Sequence record: SRR20825006_2332
Length of the DNA: 64,000 bases
Strand: one strand, 5' to 3'
Position 1 is the stretch's first letter. Each line of letters opens with the position of its first letter. This document shows positions 8,762-19,486 of this stretch, piece by piece. The notes beneath the pieces are model-generated. The model was given only the letters and a program-made list of their open reading frames with translations. It was not told the DNA's origin and did no database searches. The position numbers and the translations under genes were made by a program.

Positions 8762-9727
8762 TTGGCAGGTGCAGTGGTGCGAAATTTGTCTAACATCCCG
8801 CGTTTGTCGATCGTCGTCCCTCATGGTGGTGATGGCGCGGCTTTCGAATCCTCGCTCGCAAGCGTATTGCAGCATCGCCCAGATGGGTGCGAGGTGATTG
8901 TGCCTCATGACGGGACCTATGACGACCCGTTTGATTTGGGCGACGAAGTTCGTTTTGTCGACAGTGGTTCGACCAGCGTCCTGCGCCAGATTTCCGAAGC
9001 CGCTGAATTGGCGATGGGCCGCTTCGTTCACGTCGTCGCGGATGGCCACGTTGCGACGGAAAACTGGACCGACGCAGCTCTCGCACAATTCGAAGGCCAC
9101 GAAACCGGTGTGGTCGTGCCCGTGGTCCGTGACTCGGAAACGCAACGCATCGAGCACGCTGGATGGCGAACCACCGCCTCGTCCGCCTGCGGCCCAATCG
9201 GATTTGGCGAAAAACAAGTCGCTCGCAAAGCCGCGGCTCGCGTCGAAGGAGCCTTCCTGGCTGCATCATTCTGGCGTCGTGATCTGCTTCGCAGTTTGTC
9301 GATCAGCTATCGCGGCACCGATACGATCGAAGCATCGCTCACTTATGGTCACTTGACCACGCAAGCCGGCTGGCGATGCGTCGTTGCCGAAGACAGCGTG
9401 ATGAGTGTCGACTTCGAAACCGAAGTGCTCGACTACGAACTTCGCATCCACCAAAACCACCGCCGACTGCAAGCCCTCTCGGATCACTTCCGGAGTGGAG
9501 GATCAGCTGGATGGGGTCGCGGAGTGCAGCGTTTACTCACAACCACACTGGCAGGCGGAATGCGTCCATCCAGTTTGATCTCGGGCCTTCGACGCATGAC
9601 CGCTCCGCTGGCCGGAAACGCAATCTCACGTTCCGTGCAAACGGCTGGTGTCCTGTCGGTGGACGACAATCCTGAAACGCTGCCGATGACCTCAGTGCAT
9701 CGCGAACCGCTTCGGCGTGCGGCTTAG
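8762..9727 (+). CDS. Divergent glycosyltransferase family 2-like protein
   Basis: N-terminal RLSIVVP...SLASVL...EVIVPHDG resembles the GT-A fold, but the DxD motif is not evident. Start is uncertain. Confidence 0.5.
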   Translation: MAGAVVRNLSNIPRLSIVVPHGGDGAAFESSLASVLQHRPDGCEVIVPHDGTYDDPFDLGDEVRFVDSGSTSVLRQISEAAELAMGRFVHVVADGHVATENWTDAALAQFEGHETGVVVPVVRDSETQRIEHAGWRTTASSACGPIGFGEKQVARKAAARVEGAFLAASFWRRDLLRSLSISYRGTDTIEASLTYGHLTTQAGWRCVVAEDSVMSVDFETEVLDYELRIHQNHRRLQALSDHFRSGGSAGWGRGVQRLLTTTLAGGMRPSSLISGLRRMTAPLAGNAISRSVQTAGVLSVDDNPETLPMTSVHREPLRRAA

Positions 9728-9761
9728 CCAGACGATTTGCGTACCGGTTCAGCCGACACCC

Positions 9762-9814
9762 CGTACGTTGGTCTTCCAAGACCGTCGTTCAGTGCTCGGA
9801 AGCCCAGCCGACGG
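9762..9814. repeat. REP doublet, same family as the outer arms at 7155/7511
   Basis: GTACGTTGGTCTTCCAAGACCGTCG at 9763-9787 followed by a degenerate inverted copy at 9794-9814, between convergent genes. Confidence 0.65.
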
Positions 9815-9815
9815 C

Positions 9816-10985
9816 TCACTCGGGAACGATACGCAACACCAAGTTGTTGCGGTGGATGACGTTTTCGTAAGGGCGATGCCCGAGGATCCATTCGATTTGC
9901 TCGCTGGGTTTACCAGCGATTCGGGCCACTTCGTGGCTGCGATAGTTCGATAGCCCACGCCCGAACTCTTCGCCGTTGGGACCGACCAAGCGGACCACGT
10001 TCCCGTGGGCAAAGGTCCCTTCCACACGCTGGATTCCAATCGCCAACAGGCTTCGGCCGTGCTTCTGGATAGCATCGACTGCGCCCTGGTCGAGGAACAA
10101 CGTCCCGGCGACATTGGCGGAACTGCCAATCCAACGTCGACGTCCTTTGAGCGAACGCTTCGGAGGCACAAACAGTGTTCCGACGGCGTCACCCGCGAAA
10201 ATTCGGTCGAGAACAAATTCCTCGGTACCTGATCCAATGATGGTGGGATGCCCGTGCGAGTTGGCCAGTTTAGATGCTCGAAGCTTTCCGCCCATGCCAC
10301 CTTTACTGACAGTCGAAACCTGATCGTCTACCAACGCCATCACGCCATCGTCCACATCGTGAACCATGTGGATCGGCTGGCTGTCTTTTTCGTCGGGGTG
10401 ACCGTCGTACAGTGCGGAAACATCCGTCAGCAAAATCAACATCACGTCGTTGAATAGCCCCGCGACTTGCGCGGCCAAACGATCGTTGTCGCCGAAGGTC
10501 GTCTTCAGTTCCGAAACGGCGACCGAGTCGTTTTCGTTGACGACCGCGATCGCTCCCAACTCATCGATTCCGTTGAGCGCGTTTCGCACGTGTAAGTAAC
10601 CACTGCGACGACGAAGGTCATTTCGGGTCAGCAAAACCTGAGCGGCATGTCGACCTCGCTTCTGCAACGACTTTTCGTACGCGCCGATCAAATCGGCTTG
10701 TCCGATCGCGGCAATCGCCTGCAAAGATTTCAGGTCGGTGGGACGCTGCGGCAAACCCAGTTTGGCAACGCCGGCACCAACGGCACCGCTACTGACCATG
10801 ATGGTTTGACGTCCGGTGTCGGCGATGCGGCAAAGCTGTTCCGCCAGTCGATCCACACGTTCGAGATCGAGTTTGCCGTCCGATGTCGTGAGAACTCGCG
10901 TGCCGACCTTGACCACCACGCATTTGGTTTCGTCGATGATCTGACGCCGAATGGCGAGATCGTTTGCTTCTGAAGATTCGTTCAA
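9816..10985 (-). CDS. proB: Glutamate 5-kinase
   Basis: VVKVGT, VSSGAVGAG, VNENDSV, FGDNDRLAA and GGMGGKL motifs with a C-terminal PUA domain (IHRNNLV). TTG start overlaps the xylB stop. Confidence 0.95.
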   Translation of the reverse strand: MNESSEANDLAIRRQIIDETKCVVVKVGTRVLTTSDGKLDLERVDRLAEQLCRIADTGRQTIMVSSGAVGAGVAKLGLPQRPTDLKSLQAIAAIGQADLIGAYEKSLQKRGRHAAQVLLTRNDLRRRSGYLHVRNALNGIDELGAIAVVNENDSVAVSELKTTFGDNDRLAAQVAGLFNDVMLILLTDVSALYDGHPDEKDSQPIHMVHDVDDGVMALVDDQVSTVSKGGMGGKLRASKLANSHGHPTIIGSGTEEFVLDRIFAGDAVGTLFVPPKRSLKGRRRWIGSSANVAGTLFLDQGAVDAIQKHGRSLLAIGIQRVEGTFAHGNVVRLVGPNGEEFGRGLSNYRSHEVARIAGKPSEQIEWILGHRPYENVIHRNNLVLRIVPE

Positions 10986-12511
10986 TTTGTTGATTGCAAT
11001 TCAGCCAGTTGGTGCATGTCGTCTTTCAAACTGCCGTACAGAGATCGGTAGACAGGAAAGAGCTTGTTGTAAGTGAGTTTCGCGGAACGATCCGCTTTGG
11101 TTTCGGCAGCCACTTCGATGGTCGCTTGGCATGCCTGTGCGATGTGCTTGTAAGCACCATCGCCGACTGCGGCGAGCAAGGCGACACCGAAGGCTGGTCC
11201 CTGCTCGACCTTCAAGGTCGTGATCTTTTGGCCGAACACATCGGCTTGCATCTGACGCCAAAACACGTTCTTGCTACCGCCACCGCTGGCGCGGATTTGG
11301 CGAACAGGAACGCCGAGCGACTCGATGATTTCGAGGCTGTCACGCAGTGCAAATGTGATGCCTTCCATCACCGCTCGGGTCATTGCCGCTCGATCATGGG
11401 TGAGATTCATACCAACGAACGCACCGCGAGCGTTTGGATTCGCGTGTGGTGTTCGTTCACCGTTCAAGTAGGGCAAAAACAGCATCCCGCCACTGCCGGC
11501 GATTGCCGTTTCGGCTTCCGCCGTGGCGGCTTCGAACCGCTTCGATGCGGGAACGCCCGCCAAACCTTGCACGACTTGATCTACCCACCATTGCAGCGAA
11601 CCGCCGCTGGTCAAGTTCACACCCATCATGTGCCACTTTCCGCGGACGGCGTGACAGAACGTGTGGAGTCGCCCGGAGGCATCAACGTTGGGTTCGTCAC
11701 TGTGAACGAACATCACACCGCTGGTTCCGATCGACGTGCTCAGCAAACCTGATTTTACAATGCCGTTGCCAATCGCGCCAGCGGCACAATCGCCCGCACC
11801 CCCGACAACCTTGCACTGCGTCGTCAGCCCGAGAGCCTTCGCGGCTTCCTTGGTCAGCGTGCCCGTGACGTCTTCGGACTCGACCACACGAGGCAAAAGG
11901 TCAGTCGACAAATCGAGTTTGCCGAGCAACTCCTTCGACCAATCGCGTTTCTTCACATCCAAAAACAACGTGCCGCTGGCATCGCTGACTTCAGTGACAT
12001 AATCGCCTGTCAGTCGCCGGCGGATGTCGTCCTTAGGCAACAACACTTTCGCGAGTTTGTCGAAGTTACGCTTCTCGTTGTCTCGCAACCAAAGCACTTT
12101 TGGTGCCTGGAATCCGGTCAGGGCCGGGTTAGCGACCATGCCGATCAGCTTTTCACGCGACCCAGCGGCGGACGTGATTTGTTCACACTGATCTGCCGTA
12201 CGTTGATCATTCCACAACAATGCCGGACGAATCACGTTGTCATCACGATCCAGGAAAACCGACCCGTGCATTTGTCCCGACAAACCGATCGCTTTCACGT
12301 CGGCCTTGTCGACACCCGACTTTTTCATCACCGCTTTAACGGTCTTTTTCGTCGCTGCCCACCAGTGCTCAGGGTCCTGTTGGGTCCAACCCGGTTTGGG
12401 TTGTTCCATGGGATATTCGGCATTCGCCTCGGCAACCACTTGGCCGGTTTCGTCGATCAGCAGGGTCTTCGTACCGCTGGTGCCAATGTCGATGCCGAGA
12501 TAATGAGCCAT
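10982..12511 (-). CDS. xylB: Xylulokinase (FGGY family)
   Basis: LGIDIGTSGTK, GLSGQMHG, LWNDQR, SDASGT and FLPYLNGERTP motifs. Confidence 0.92.
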   Translation of the reverse strand: MAHYLGIDIGTSGTKTLLIDETGQVVAEANAEYPMEQPKPGWTQQDPEHWWAATKKTVKAVMKKSGVDKADVKAIGLSGQMHGSVFLDRDDNVIRPALLWNDQRTADQCEQITSAAGSREKLIGMVANPALTGFQAPKVLWLRDNEKRNFDKLAKVLLPKDDIRRRLTGDYVTEVSDASGTLFLDVKKRDWSKELLGKLDLSTDLLPRVVESEDVTGTLTKEAAKALGLTTQCKVVGGAGDCAAGAIGNGIVKSGLLSTSIGTSGVMFVHSDEPNVDASGRLHTFCHAVRGKWHMMGVNLTSGGSLQWWVDQVVQGLAGVPASKRFEAATAEAETAIAGSGGMLFLPYLNGERTPHANPNARGAFVGMNLTHDRAAMTRAVMEGITFALRDSLEIIESLGVPVRQIRASGGGSKNVFWRQMQADVFGQKITTLKVEQGPAFGVALLAAVGDGAYKHIAQACQATIEVAAETKADRSAKLTYNKLFPVYRSLYGSLKDDMHQLAELQSTN

Positions 12512-12654
12512 ATTGCGCTGCTTCAGTACAGTGAGATCAAAGACGAGGGGGATGAGAGCCGCTCCGATAAAGCGAACTGGCAGGCAGTATAACGCGTACT
12601 TGCGTTTTCAACCACGCAACCAACATTCAGAACGACGTCCCACGAGCCCCCACG

Positions 12655-14199
12655 ATGTCTGCGAAAACTCTCCTCGCGAAGATTGAATCTGCCGATCGGG
12701 ATGCGTCCCCAACCACCTCGCTCGCCGCGGGCGGTCCGAACCGGGGTGGCAACATTTTGCCTTCCAACCAAGCTCACGAGCCTGATCGCGCCCAGCCTTC
12801 TGCGTTGCGACGACGGCAGTGGTTGGCTTGGACGTCGGCCGCCGGAGTCGCCGTGTTGGCCGGTTGCCGCGAAACTTCCGTGAGCGACAAATCCGAATCG
12901 ACTCCCACCGTTCGCACGGACGTTCCGCTGCGTGTGGTTTGGACAGGAACCGATGCCGACGCCGACACACTGCGCCGAACGTGGCAATCGATCAGTGAGC
13001 AACCGCTGAAGATCACCGTCATCCCACCGCCAAGCGATTCGAAGACCGGCTCATCGTCAGAACCATCGGGCGACAAACCTTCGATCTGGGACGCCGCGGC
13101 GAAGGCGGATGTGATCGCCTATCCACTCAGCCAGCTCGGCGAAATGGTGTCGCGTGACCTCGTCATGCCACCGCTGAAAGCCGACACGGGCTCAAACGAC
13201 GACACCGATTTCAGCGCCAACAAAGTGGATCCGCCCGCGGTCCGAGTGGCGACGACATACGGGCGAGAGTTACAAGCCAAGTGCTTGGGTGGATCTTTGC
13301 CCGCGATGCTGGTCGGCGAAAAAGCAACGAGCAAGGTATCGTCTTCATCGACAATCACTTGGCAAGCATTCGAGCAACTCGCCTCGGAATTCCCCGGTCA
13401 GGTCGCCGAGCCCACTGCGGAAGGCTGGGCCGGTGTTTCTTATCTGTGGCGGTTGGCGTCAGTCCTAAGTGCCACTTGGTTGTTCGATCGCAACACGCTG
13501 GAACCGCTGCTGACGCAACCGGAATACGTCGATGTACTGCGTCAAATGGTAGCCACCGCCAAACATGGCCCTGAGTCACCGATGACTCCCGGTGAAGTCT
13601 TCCGCAATGTCGGCTCCGGCAAACTGGTCGCTGGCATCGGGTTTCCACAAAACAGAACCGAACGGACCGACGCGGACGACGAAGCCGCTGCGACCAGCAA
13701 TGTTCAAGTCGCCGCGTTCCCGATCGTCGAGTCCGACGTGGTCGATGCCGACGGGGTGAAGCTGGAACGAACCGGACGCGTCGTGTTTGCACCGCAAACC
13801 ATTGTTGGGTCCCTCGCCGCATCCTGCCGACAAACCGCGGCGGCCAATCAATTTTTAAAATGGCTGGCGGGAGGCGAAGGCAGCGAACCGTTGTACCGCT
13901 CGATTCCTGGATTGCAGCATCCGACGTCCAGCTCATCCATCGATGACGCAGCAGGTGGGAACTATCAGCCATGGCTTCGGTCGGCTTGGCAAAACCCAAA
14001 CGTGATGCCGCCACTCAACCTGGTCGGCGGCGATCGATACGTCGCGGCCTTGGACACCGAAGTCCGCAAATGCTTGACAGGCGGCCAAACTCCTGAGGAC
14101 GCTTGCGCCGCGATTTCCAATTCCTGGTCCGAATTGCACAAAGAGTACGGCGTGACCCAACAAAAGCGTTCATGGCAGCGGGCCCTCGGACTTCTTTGA
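12655..14199 (+). CDS. Extracellular solute-binding protein-like lipoprotein
   Basis: Twin-Arg plus lipobox [21 protein letters not shown]-terminal AANQFLKWL...GGQTPEDA as in sugar-binding SBPs. The true start may be downstream. Confidence 0.55.
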   Translation: MSAKTLLAKIESADRDASPTTSLAAGGPNRGGNILPSNQAHEPDRAQPSALRRRQWLAWTSAAGVAVLAGCRETSVSDKSESTPTVRTDVPLRVVWTGTDADADTLRRTWQSISEQPLKITVIPPPSDSKTGSSSEPSGDKPSIWDAAAKADVIAYPLSQLGEMVSRDLVMPPLKADTGSNDDTDFSANKVDPPAVRVATTYGRELQAKCLGGSLPAMLVGEKATSKVSSSSTITWQAFEQLASEFPGQVAEPTAEGWAGVSYLWRLASVLSATWLFDRNTLEPLLTQPEYVDVLRQMVATAKHGPESPMTPGEVFRNVGSGKLVAGIGFPQNRTERTDADDEAAATSNVQVAAFPIVESDVVDADGVKLERTGRVVFAPQTIVGSLAASCRQTAAANQFLKWLAGGEGSEPLYRSIPGLQHPTSSSSIDDAAGGNYQPWLRSAWQNPNVMPPLNLVGGDRYVAALDTEVRKCLTGGQTPEDACAAISNSWSELHKEYGVTQQKRSWQRALGLL

Positions 14200-14216
14200 C
14201 AACCGATTGGCATGTT

Positions 14217-15683
14217 ATGGCGAACGCACTGGTTTGGTTTCGAAACGACCTTCGAACCATTGACCACGAACCTTTCCTCCGCGCCTCGACTGCCGACCGT
14301 TGCTTTGCTGTTCACTGCATCGACCCGCGGCAGTTTGAAACAACCGAACTGGGATTCCAACGCACCGGACCATTCCGTGCCCGATTTCTGATCGAAAACC
14401 TTACGGACCTTCGTTCGCGGTTGCGTTCGCTCGGCGGGGAATTGATCGTGCGAGTCGGCCGTCCCGAAACGGTCTTGCAGCATCTTCTGCCTTCACTGGC
14501 AATCGACGCGGTTCATTTTCATCATGAACCCGGAACCGAAGAAGCCGACACGGCCGAGTCCGTCCAGCAACTTTGCGACCAGCATGGCATCGCGACTCAC
14601 GTTGCCTATGGCGACACCCTGATCCATCCCGATGAATTGCCATTTGAGATTGCGGACACCCCCGAGCTTTTCACCGACTTTCGCAAGGAAATTGAAAAAC
14701 AGTGTGAGGCTCGATCACCGCTCGAAGAACCAATTCGAATCCACGGTACGTTGCCGGAGGAAGTGAACGCCGGGGACATTCCAACGCTGGAATCACTCGG
14801 GCTATCAACACCACCACTGGATGATCGTTGCCTGAATCAATTCACCGGTGGTCAAAACGCGGCGCAGCAACGGATGGAGGAATACATTTGGAATGAAAAC
14901 CGCTTGCGAGTCTACAAAGAAACTCGCAATGGGATGCTGCATCCAAACGACTCCTCGAAGTTCTCACCTTGGCTCGCTCAAGGTTGCCTTTCACCGCGAA
15001 TGATTGCAGATCACGTTCGTCGTTACGAAGAAGAACGCGTCGAAAACAAATCGACCTACTGGATGATCTTCGAGCTTCTTTGGCGTGATTACTTTCGTTG
15101 GATCTCTCGCAAACACGGCGCAACACTTTTTCGCGCCAGCGGTCTACGCGGGGTGAATGTCGATTGGAAATCTGATCGAGAATTGTTTCGCCGTTGGCAA
15201 GACGGAACGACCGGCTACCCGCTGGTCGACGCGAACATGCGAGAGCTGAGAACGACCGGATACATGTCCAATCGTGGCCGGCAAAACGTCGCCAGCTTTC
15301 TGACGAAGAACCTTGGGATTGATTGGCGGTGGGGTGCTCGTTGGTTTGAATCTCAACTGGTCGACTACGACGTCGCCAGCAACTACGGCAATTGGAACTA
15401 TGCCGCGGGTGCTGGCAATGACGCTCGCGGATTTCGATTCTTCAACATCACCAAGCAGTCCCGAGACTATGACAGCCAAGGCGAATACGCCAAACATTGG
15501 CTGCCCGAACTTCGCAACCTCGACGTGACCGAGATTCATGAACCGTGGAAGATGTCACCGGAGCGTCAACAGGAAGTCGGAGTCACGCTCGGAAAGGAGT
15601 ACCCGCATCCGATCGTCGACCTGTTTGACTCCGCGAAGGAAAACGAAACCATCTACATGCGAGCTAAAGCCGCCAGCCACTGA
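14217..15683 (+). CDS. DASH-family cryptochrome
   Basis: [47 protein letters not shown] and [11 protein letters not shown] motifs. Confidence 0.92.
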   Translation: MANALVWFRNDLRTIDHEPFLRASTADRCFAVHCIDPRQFETTELGFQRTGPFRARFLIENLTDLRSRLRSLGGELIVRVGRPETVLQHLLPSLAIDAVHFHHEPGTEEADTAESVQQLCDQHGIATHVAYGDTLIHPDELPFEIADTPELFTDFRKEIEKQCEARSPLEEPIRIHGTLPEEVNAGDIPTLESLGLSTPPLDDRCLNQFTGGQNAAQQRMEEYIWNENRLRVYKETRNGMLHPNDSSKFSPWLAQGCLSPRMIADHVRRYEEERVENKSTYWMIFELLWRDYFRWISRKHGATLFRASGLRGVNVDWKSDRELFRRWQDGTTGYPLVDANMRELRTTGYMSNRGRQNVASFLTKNLGIDWRWGARWFESQLVDYDVASNYGNWNYAAGAGNDARGFRFFNITKQSRDYDSQGEYAKHWLPELRNLDVTEIHEPWKMSPERQQEVGVTLGKEYPHPIVDLFDSAKENETIYMRAKAASH

Positions 15684-15691
15684 CTAACAAC

Positions 15692-16717
15692 TCAATACTC
15701 AAAACGCTTGAGATTTGGAAACATTGCTTCGAGTTCTTTTGCAGGCTCCTCTTCCAAACCGAGATTGGTAACGAACAACGTTTCCAATTCTTGCAGTGGT
15801 TTCAGTTGAGGCAGAGCGTCGGGTGAAACGCTTGTCTTGCCCAAGTGCAGCAACTTTAAATGAGGCAGCGAGATAATCACCGGGATCGCTTCTTCAGTGA
15901 TGGCGGGGCAGTTGTCGACGTTCAAAACAGTGAGTGAAGTCTTCCCTTCGAATGCCTTCAGTGACTCATTGTCGATCTTGGTGAGCCAGAGATTGATTTT
16001 CTCCAACCCCTCGATGTTCGCGATTGCGGGCATGCCTTCGGGACCAAAATCAGTTTCTGCCAACTCCAGACTTTCGAGCGGCAACTTTGATATTGGCTCA
16101 AATGCCTCGCCCGTGATCTTGGTGCCCCGCAGATTGAGTTTCGTCAATTTGGGCAACGTCGAAATGGACGCGAGCGTTTTGTCCGTCACCGGTGAATTCA
16201 TCAACGAGACATCTTGTAACTCGTTCAACTCAGCAAGCACACTTGCACCATCGTCGGTGACCGAAGTGTCCTGGAACGTGACCGCGACCAAGGCTGGCAA
16301 ACCAGAAATCGATTTCGCTTTCGCGTCATCGAACGCCTTGCCATAAACTCGCAAACGTTTCAGATTGGGCAGGGCGGCTAATCGCAAAACCGTTCCGTCG
16401 GACCATGCCGCAGCGGGCATAAACAACTCACTGACCGTGCTGGTATTGGAAAGCAGCTTCACCGCGCCGTCCAAATCCGACTCGGCAACTTCCCGAAGAT
16501 CAACGACCACGACGTCGTCACCTCGCAACTTGGTCTTGGCACCCGCGATATTATCCCAGGCCGTCGCCAAGTTTGCTTCCGCCAAATCATCCGCAGCGGA
16601 TTGCTCGGCCGGTGGAAGCGGAATGGTTTTGGTGCTGCTGACTCCGCAACCGAGCGTTCCAATGAACAGGCTGCCGACCAGCAAGCTTTGTGCGAGCCGA
16701 ACTTGTGTGAAATTCAT
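15692..16717 (-). CDS. Leucine-rich-repeat lipoprotein
   Basis: Lipobox TLGC followed by repeated LxxLxLxxTxIT/VT units. Confidence 0.85.
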   Translation of the reverse strand: MNFTQVRLAQSLLVGSLFIGTLGCGVSSTKTIPLPPAEQSAADDLAEANLATAWDNIAGAKTKLRGDDVVVVDLREVAESDLDGAVKLLSNTSTVSELFMPAAAWSDGTVLRLAALPNLKRLRVYGKAFDDAKAKSISGLPALVAVTFQDTSVTDDGASVLAELNELQDVSLMNSPVTDKTLASISTLPKLTKLNLRGTKITGEAFEPISKLPLESLELAETDFGPEGMPAIANIEGLEKINLWLTKIDNESLKAFEGKTSLTVLNVDNCPAITEEAIPVIISLPHLKLLHLGKTSVSPDALPQLKPLQELETLFVTNLGLEEEPAKELEAMFPNLKRFEY

Positions 16718-16749
16718 CGGAACTCCGGTGAGTGAACTGTGAAATGTAA

Positions 16750-17133
16750 ATGGAAGTTGTTGAAATCATGAACCACCACGACTCGGATGATCTCGACGAT
16801 GCGAGCCAAACGCGACGCGACAAATGGATCGGCGAGGAATCACCCAGCGATCTGGTACCGGAGTGGCAGCGGTTGCTCAACGACGACCCGTTGCCGCAGG
16901 ATGACAACTGGGACTCGCCCGACCCCACCGCCACGGACGCGGCATTGGATGGCACTTATGTCTGCGACAATTGTGGGGAGGAGATCGTGATTCCGCTCGA
17001 CATCGCCGCTGGACGCGACCAACAGTATGTCGAAGATTGTCCGGTCTGTTGTAGCCCCAGCGTGATTCATGTCCATTTTGACGATTCCGATCACGCCGAC
17101 GTGTGGGCGGAAGCCGAACAAGATCGCTATTGA
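16750..17133 (+). CDS. CPXCG-motif cysteine-rich protein
   Basis: YVCDNCGEEI...YVEDCPVCC with an acidic N-terminal extension. Confidence 0.8.
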   Translation: MEVVEIMNHHDSDDLDDASQTRRDKWIGEESPSDLVPEWQRLLNDDPLPQDDNWDSPDPTATDAALDGTYVCDNCGEEIVIPLDIAAGRDQQYVEDCPVCCSPSVIHVHFDDSDHADVWAEAEQDRY

Positions 17134-17186
17134 TCACCGTGCCCGCCTCGCACGCCATTTGACATCATCCCCCAATCCCAAACACC

Positions 17187-17993
17187 ATGAAAATCGAAAC
17201 CTGGCTAACGCCCAATGCCGCTGGTCAATCCGAACGAGCCCCCGCTTCGGTCGCCGTGGTCATCGATGTTTTGCGGGCGACCACCGTTGCAACGACCGCG
17301 CTGTCCGCCGGGGCCAAATCGATCACGACCTGCGGCGAAATCGAAGAAGCTTTCGCGATGAAAACCGCTGCGGATCCAGAAAACAAGCCATTGCTGTGTG
17401 GCGAACGGGGCTGCCAACCGATCGTTGGATTCGACTACGGAAATTCTCCAGGCGAGTATTCTCCCGCCGGTGTCGGTGACCGCGATTTGGTGCTGACAAC
17501 GACCAACGGAACCGCCGCGATTCTGGCCGCCCAAGAATGCGAACAGATGTGGCTGGCCTGCTTTGCGAACTTGTCCGCCGTCATTGATCGATTGGTGAAG
17601 TGGCATGCGGCCAACCCCAACGGAGCAAGTTTCGCCAGGATCGTCTGTGCGGGGACAAACGGATGTGTGACCACGGAAGACGTGCTTTTGGCCGGGGCAA
17701 TCATTGCGATGTGCCATCAACGGCTGGCAGATTCGCCTCGTTTTTACGAAGGCCCCATCGAGCTTTTGAACGATTCGGGCGCGATCGCCCTCTCAGCATG
17801 GCAGCATTGCATCACGCACGATGGCGTGAACAGTTCCGAAACGCTGGCCGAACGGTTGAAACTGACCCAAGGTGGCAAAAACCTGATTGCTGCCAACTAC
17901 GCCGGTGATTTGGTCGATTGCGGCAGCATTGACGTCTTCGAACTGGTTCCAACCAGGGACCAACGCTCCCCCGCCCGGTTCGTGGCAGGCTGA
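17187..17993 (+). CDS. comB: 2-phosphosulfolactate phosphatase family
   Basis: VVIDVLRATT, LCGERG, GNSP, LTTTNGT and EDVLLAG motifs. Confidence 0.9.
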   Translation: MKIETWLTPNAAGQSERAPASVAVVIDVLRATTVATTALSAGAKSITTCGEIEEAFAMKTAADPENKPLLCGERGCQPIVGFDYGNSPGEYSPAGVGDRDLVLTTTNGTAAILAAQECEQMWLACFANLSAVIDRLVKWHAANPNGASFARIVCAGTNGCVTTEDVLLAGAIIAMCHQRLADSPRFYEGPIELLNDSGAIALSAWQHCITHDGVNSSETLAERLKLTQGGKNLIAANYAGDLVDCGSIDVFELVPTRDQRSPARFVAG

Positions 17994-18104
17994 TCCAAGA
18001 CCACATTCGCTTCGAAAACGCATTCAGTTTGCCGGTTTTTTCGACTAAACTCAATTGTTGCGAAAACGACTTCCGATCCACTCACTTGTTCCATTTGTCA
18101 CACT

Positions 18105-19343
18105 ATGACGTTTGATTTGAAACGCTCTCTCCGCCCACTCGGCATCGCTGCCGTCTGCTCGATGGCAGCTGGGTCGATCCTTCCTTCCGGTGCCCCAATT
18201 ACGGCGCATGCCCAAGAAACCGCTGTCGAATCTAGCCAGGCGTCGACGGTTGGCATCGCGAGCGAAAAACCTGCCGAAGGTCCATCGGTTGACCTGGGCG
18301 ATGGTCGGTTCATGGTTCCCTACACGGAAAAAATCCCGGGCACCGACATCACGTTCGAAATGATCCCGGTTCCCGGTGGCAAGTTCACGATGGGCAGCCC
18401 CGAGGATGAGGATCCACGTGCGGACGACGAAGGGCCAACCGTTGAGATCAACGTCTCGCCGATGTGGGTCGCAAAGACTGAAACGACTTGGGCGATGTAC
18501 AAAGAATACATGCGAATGTACGCCGTGTTCAAATCGTTCGAAGCCGACGGTATCCGCACTGTCGATGAATCGAACCAGGCTGACTCGATCACGGCACCGA
18601 CCGAGTTGTACGACCCATCGTTTACCTACGAATACGGCGAAGAACCGGAACAACCTGCCGTGACGATGACCCAGTACGCCGCCCAGCAATTCACAAAATG
18701 GCTGAGCCTGATCACGGACAATCAATACCGTTTGCCAACCGAAGCTGAATGGGAATACGCCGCTCGCGGTGGAACCCAGACCGCATACAGTTGGGGCGAT
18801 AGCGCCGACGACATCGAAGAATACGCTTGGTACTTCGACAATTCGTATGACGGCCCGGCTCACGTCGGAACCAAAAAGCCCAACCCGTTTGGCTTGCACG
18901 ATATGCACGGCAATGCCGCTGAGTGGACCGTCAATGAATATTCCGAAGAAGGCTACCAGTGGTTGAAGGAATCACCAGTCGACAATGCAATCGACGCGGT
19001 TCGTTGGCCTGAAAATCCTTGGCCATGTGTCGCTCGTGGTGGCAGCTGGGAAAGTGATCCACCGGAACTTCGCAGTGCCGCTCGATTGGCATCCGATGAT
19101 GACGAGTGGAAGAACGAAGATCCAAACTTCCCCAAAAGCCCTTGGTGGTTCACCGACGATCCTTCTCGTGGAGTTGGCTTCCGTTTGTTCCGTTCATTGG
19201 AACCACTTGATCGCGAAGCCCTCAAAAACTTCTGGGAACCAACCGCTCTCGAAACCGTTGACGATGTCGAGAGCCGTATCTCCGGCGGTCGTGGCGGATG
19301 GGGCTTGGTCGACAAAGACCTTCCCGAAGCAGCCAAAGAATGA
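18105..19343 (+). CDS. Secreted FGE-sulfatase-domain (SUMF1/EgtB/PvdO family) protein
   Basis: Signal peptide, then FTMGS, RLPTEAEWEYAARGG, NPFGLHDMHGNAAEW, RGGSW and GFR. Confidence 0.88.
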   Translation: MTFDLKRSLRPLGIAAVCSMAAGSILPSGAPITAHAQETAVESSQASTVGIASEKPAEGPSVDLGDGRFMVPYTEKIPGTDITFEMIPVPGGKFTMGSPEDEDPRADDEGPTVEINVSPMWVAKTETTWAMYKEYMRMYAVFKSFEADGIRTVDESNQADSITAPTELYDPSFTYEYGEEPEQPAVTMTQYAAQQFTKWLSLITDNQYRLPTEAEWEYAARGGTQTAYSWGDSADDIEEYAWYFDNSYDGPAHVGTKKPNPFGLHDMHGNAAEWTVNEYSEEGYQWLKESPVDNAIDAVRWPENPWPCVARGGSWESDPPELRSAARLASDDDEWKNEDPNFPKSPWWFTDDPSRGVGFRLFRSLEPLDREALKNFWEPTALETVDDVESRISGGRGGWGLVDKDLPEAAKE

Positions 19344-19393
19344 TTCGGTAACAAAGGCAATTTCCACGGCGTGAATCTCATGTCGTGCGACAC

Positions 19394-19420
19394 AAGGCCC
19401 GAGTCCGCTCGGGCCTTTTT
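19394..19420 (+). terminator. Rho-independent terminator
   Basis: AAGGCCCGAG-TCCG-CTCGGGCCTT then TTT, 50 bp after the 19343 stop and between convergent genes. Confidence 0.8.
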
Positions 19421-19486
19421 CATGCGCGCAGTGGCTTTCTCTTTCCGAGCGTTAGAGCGGAAAGTCTCCGCCACATCAGCCCAGAC

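Noticed and set aside
14217..15683. Functional link between the cryptochrome and the carotenoid operon as a light-response island
   Set aside because: They are over 40 kb apart with unrelated genes between, and no shared motif was seen.
18105..19343. Sulfatase-maturing formylglycine-generating enzyme
   Set aside because: The catalytic cysteine pair is absent; kept only as an FGE-domain protein.
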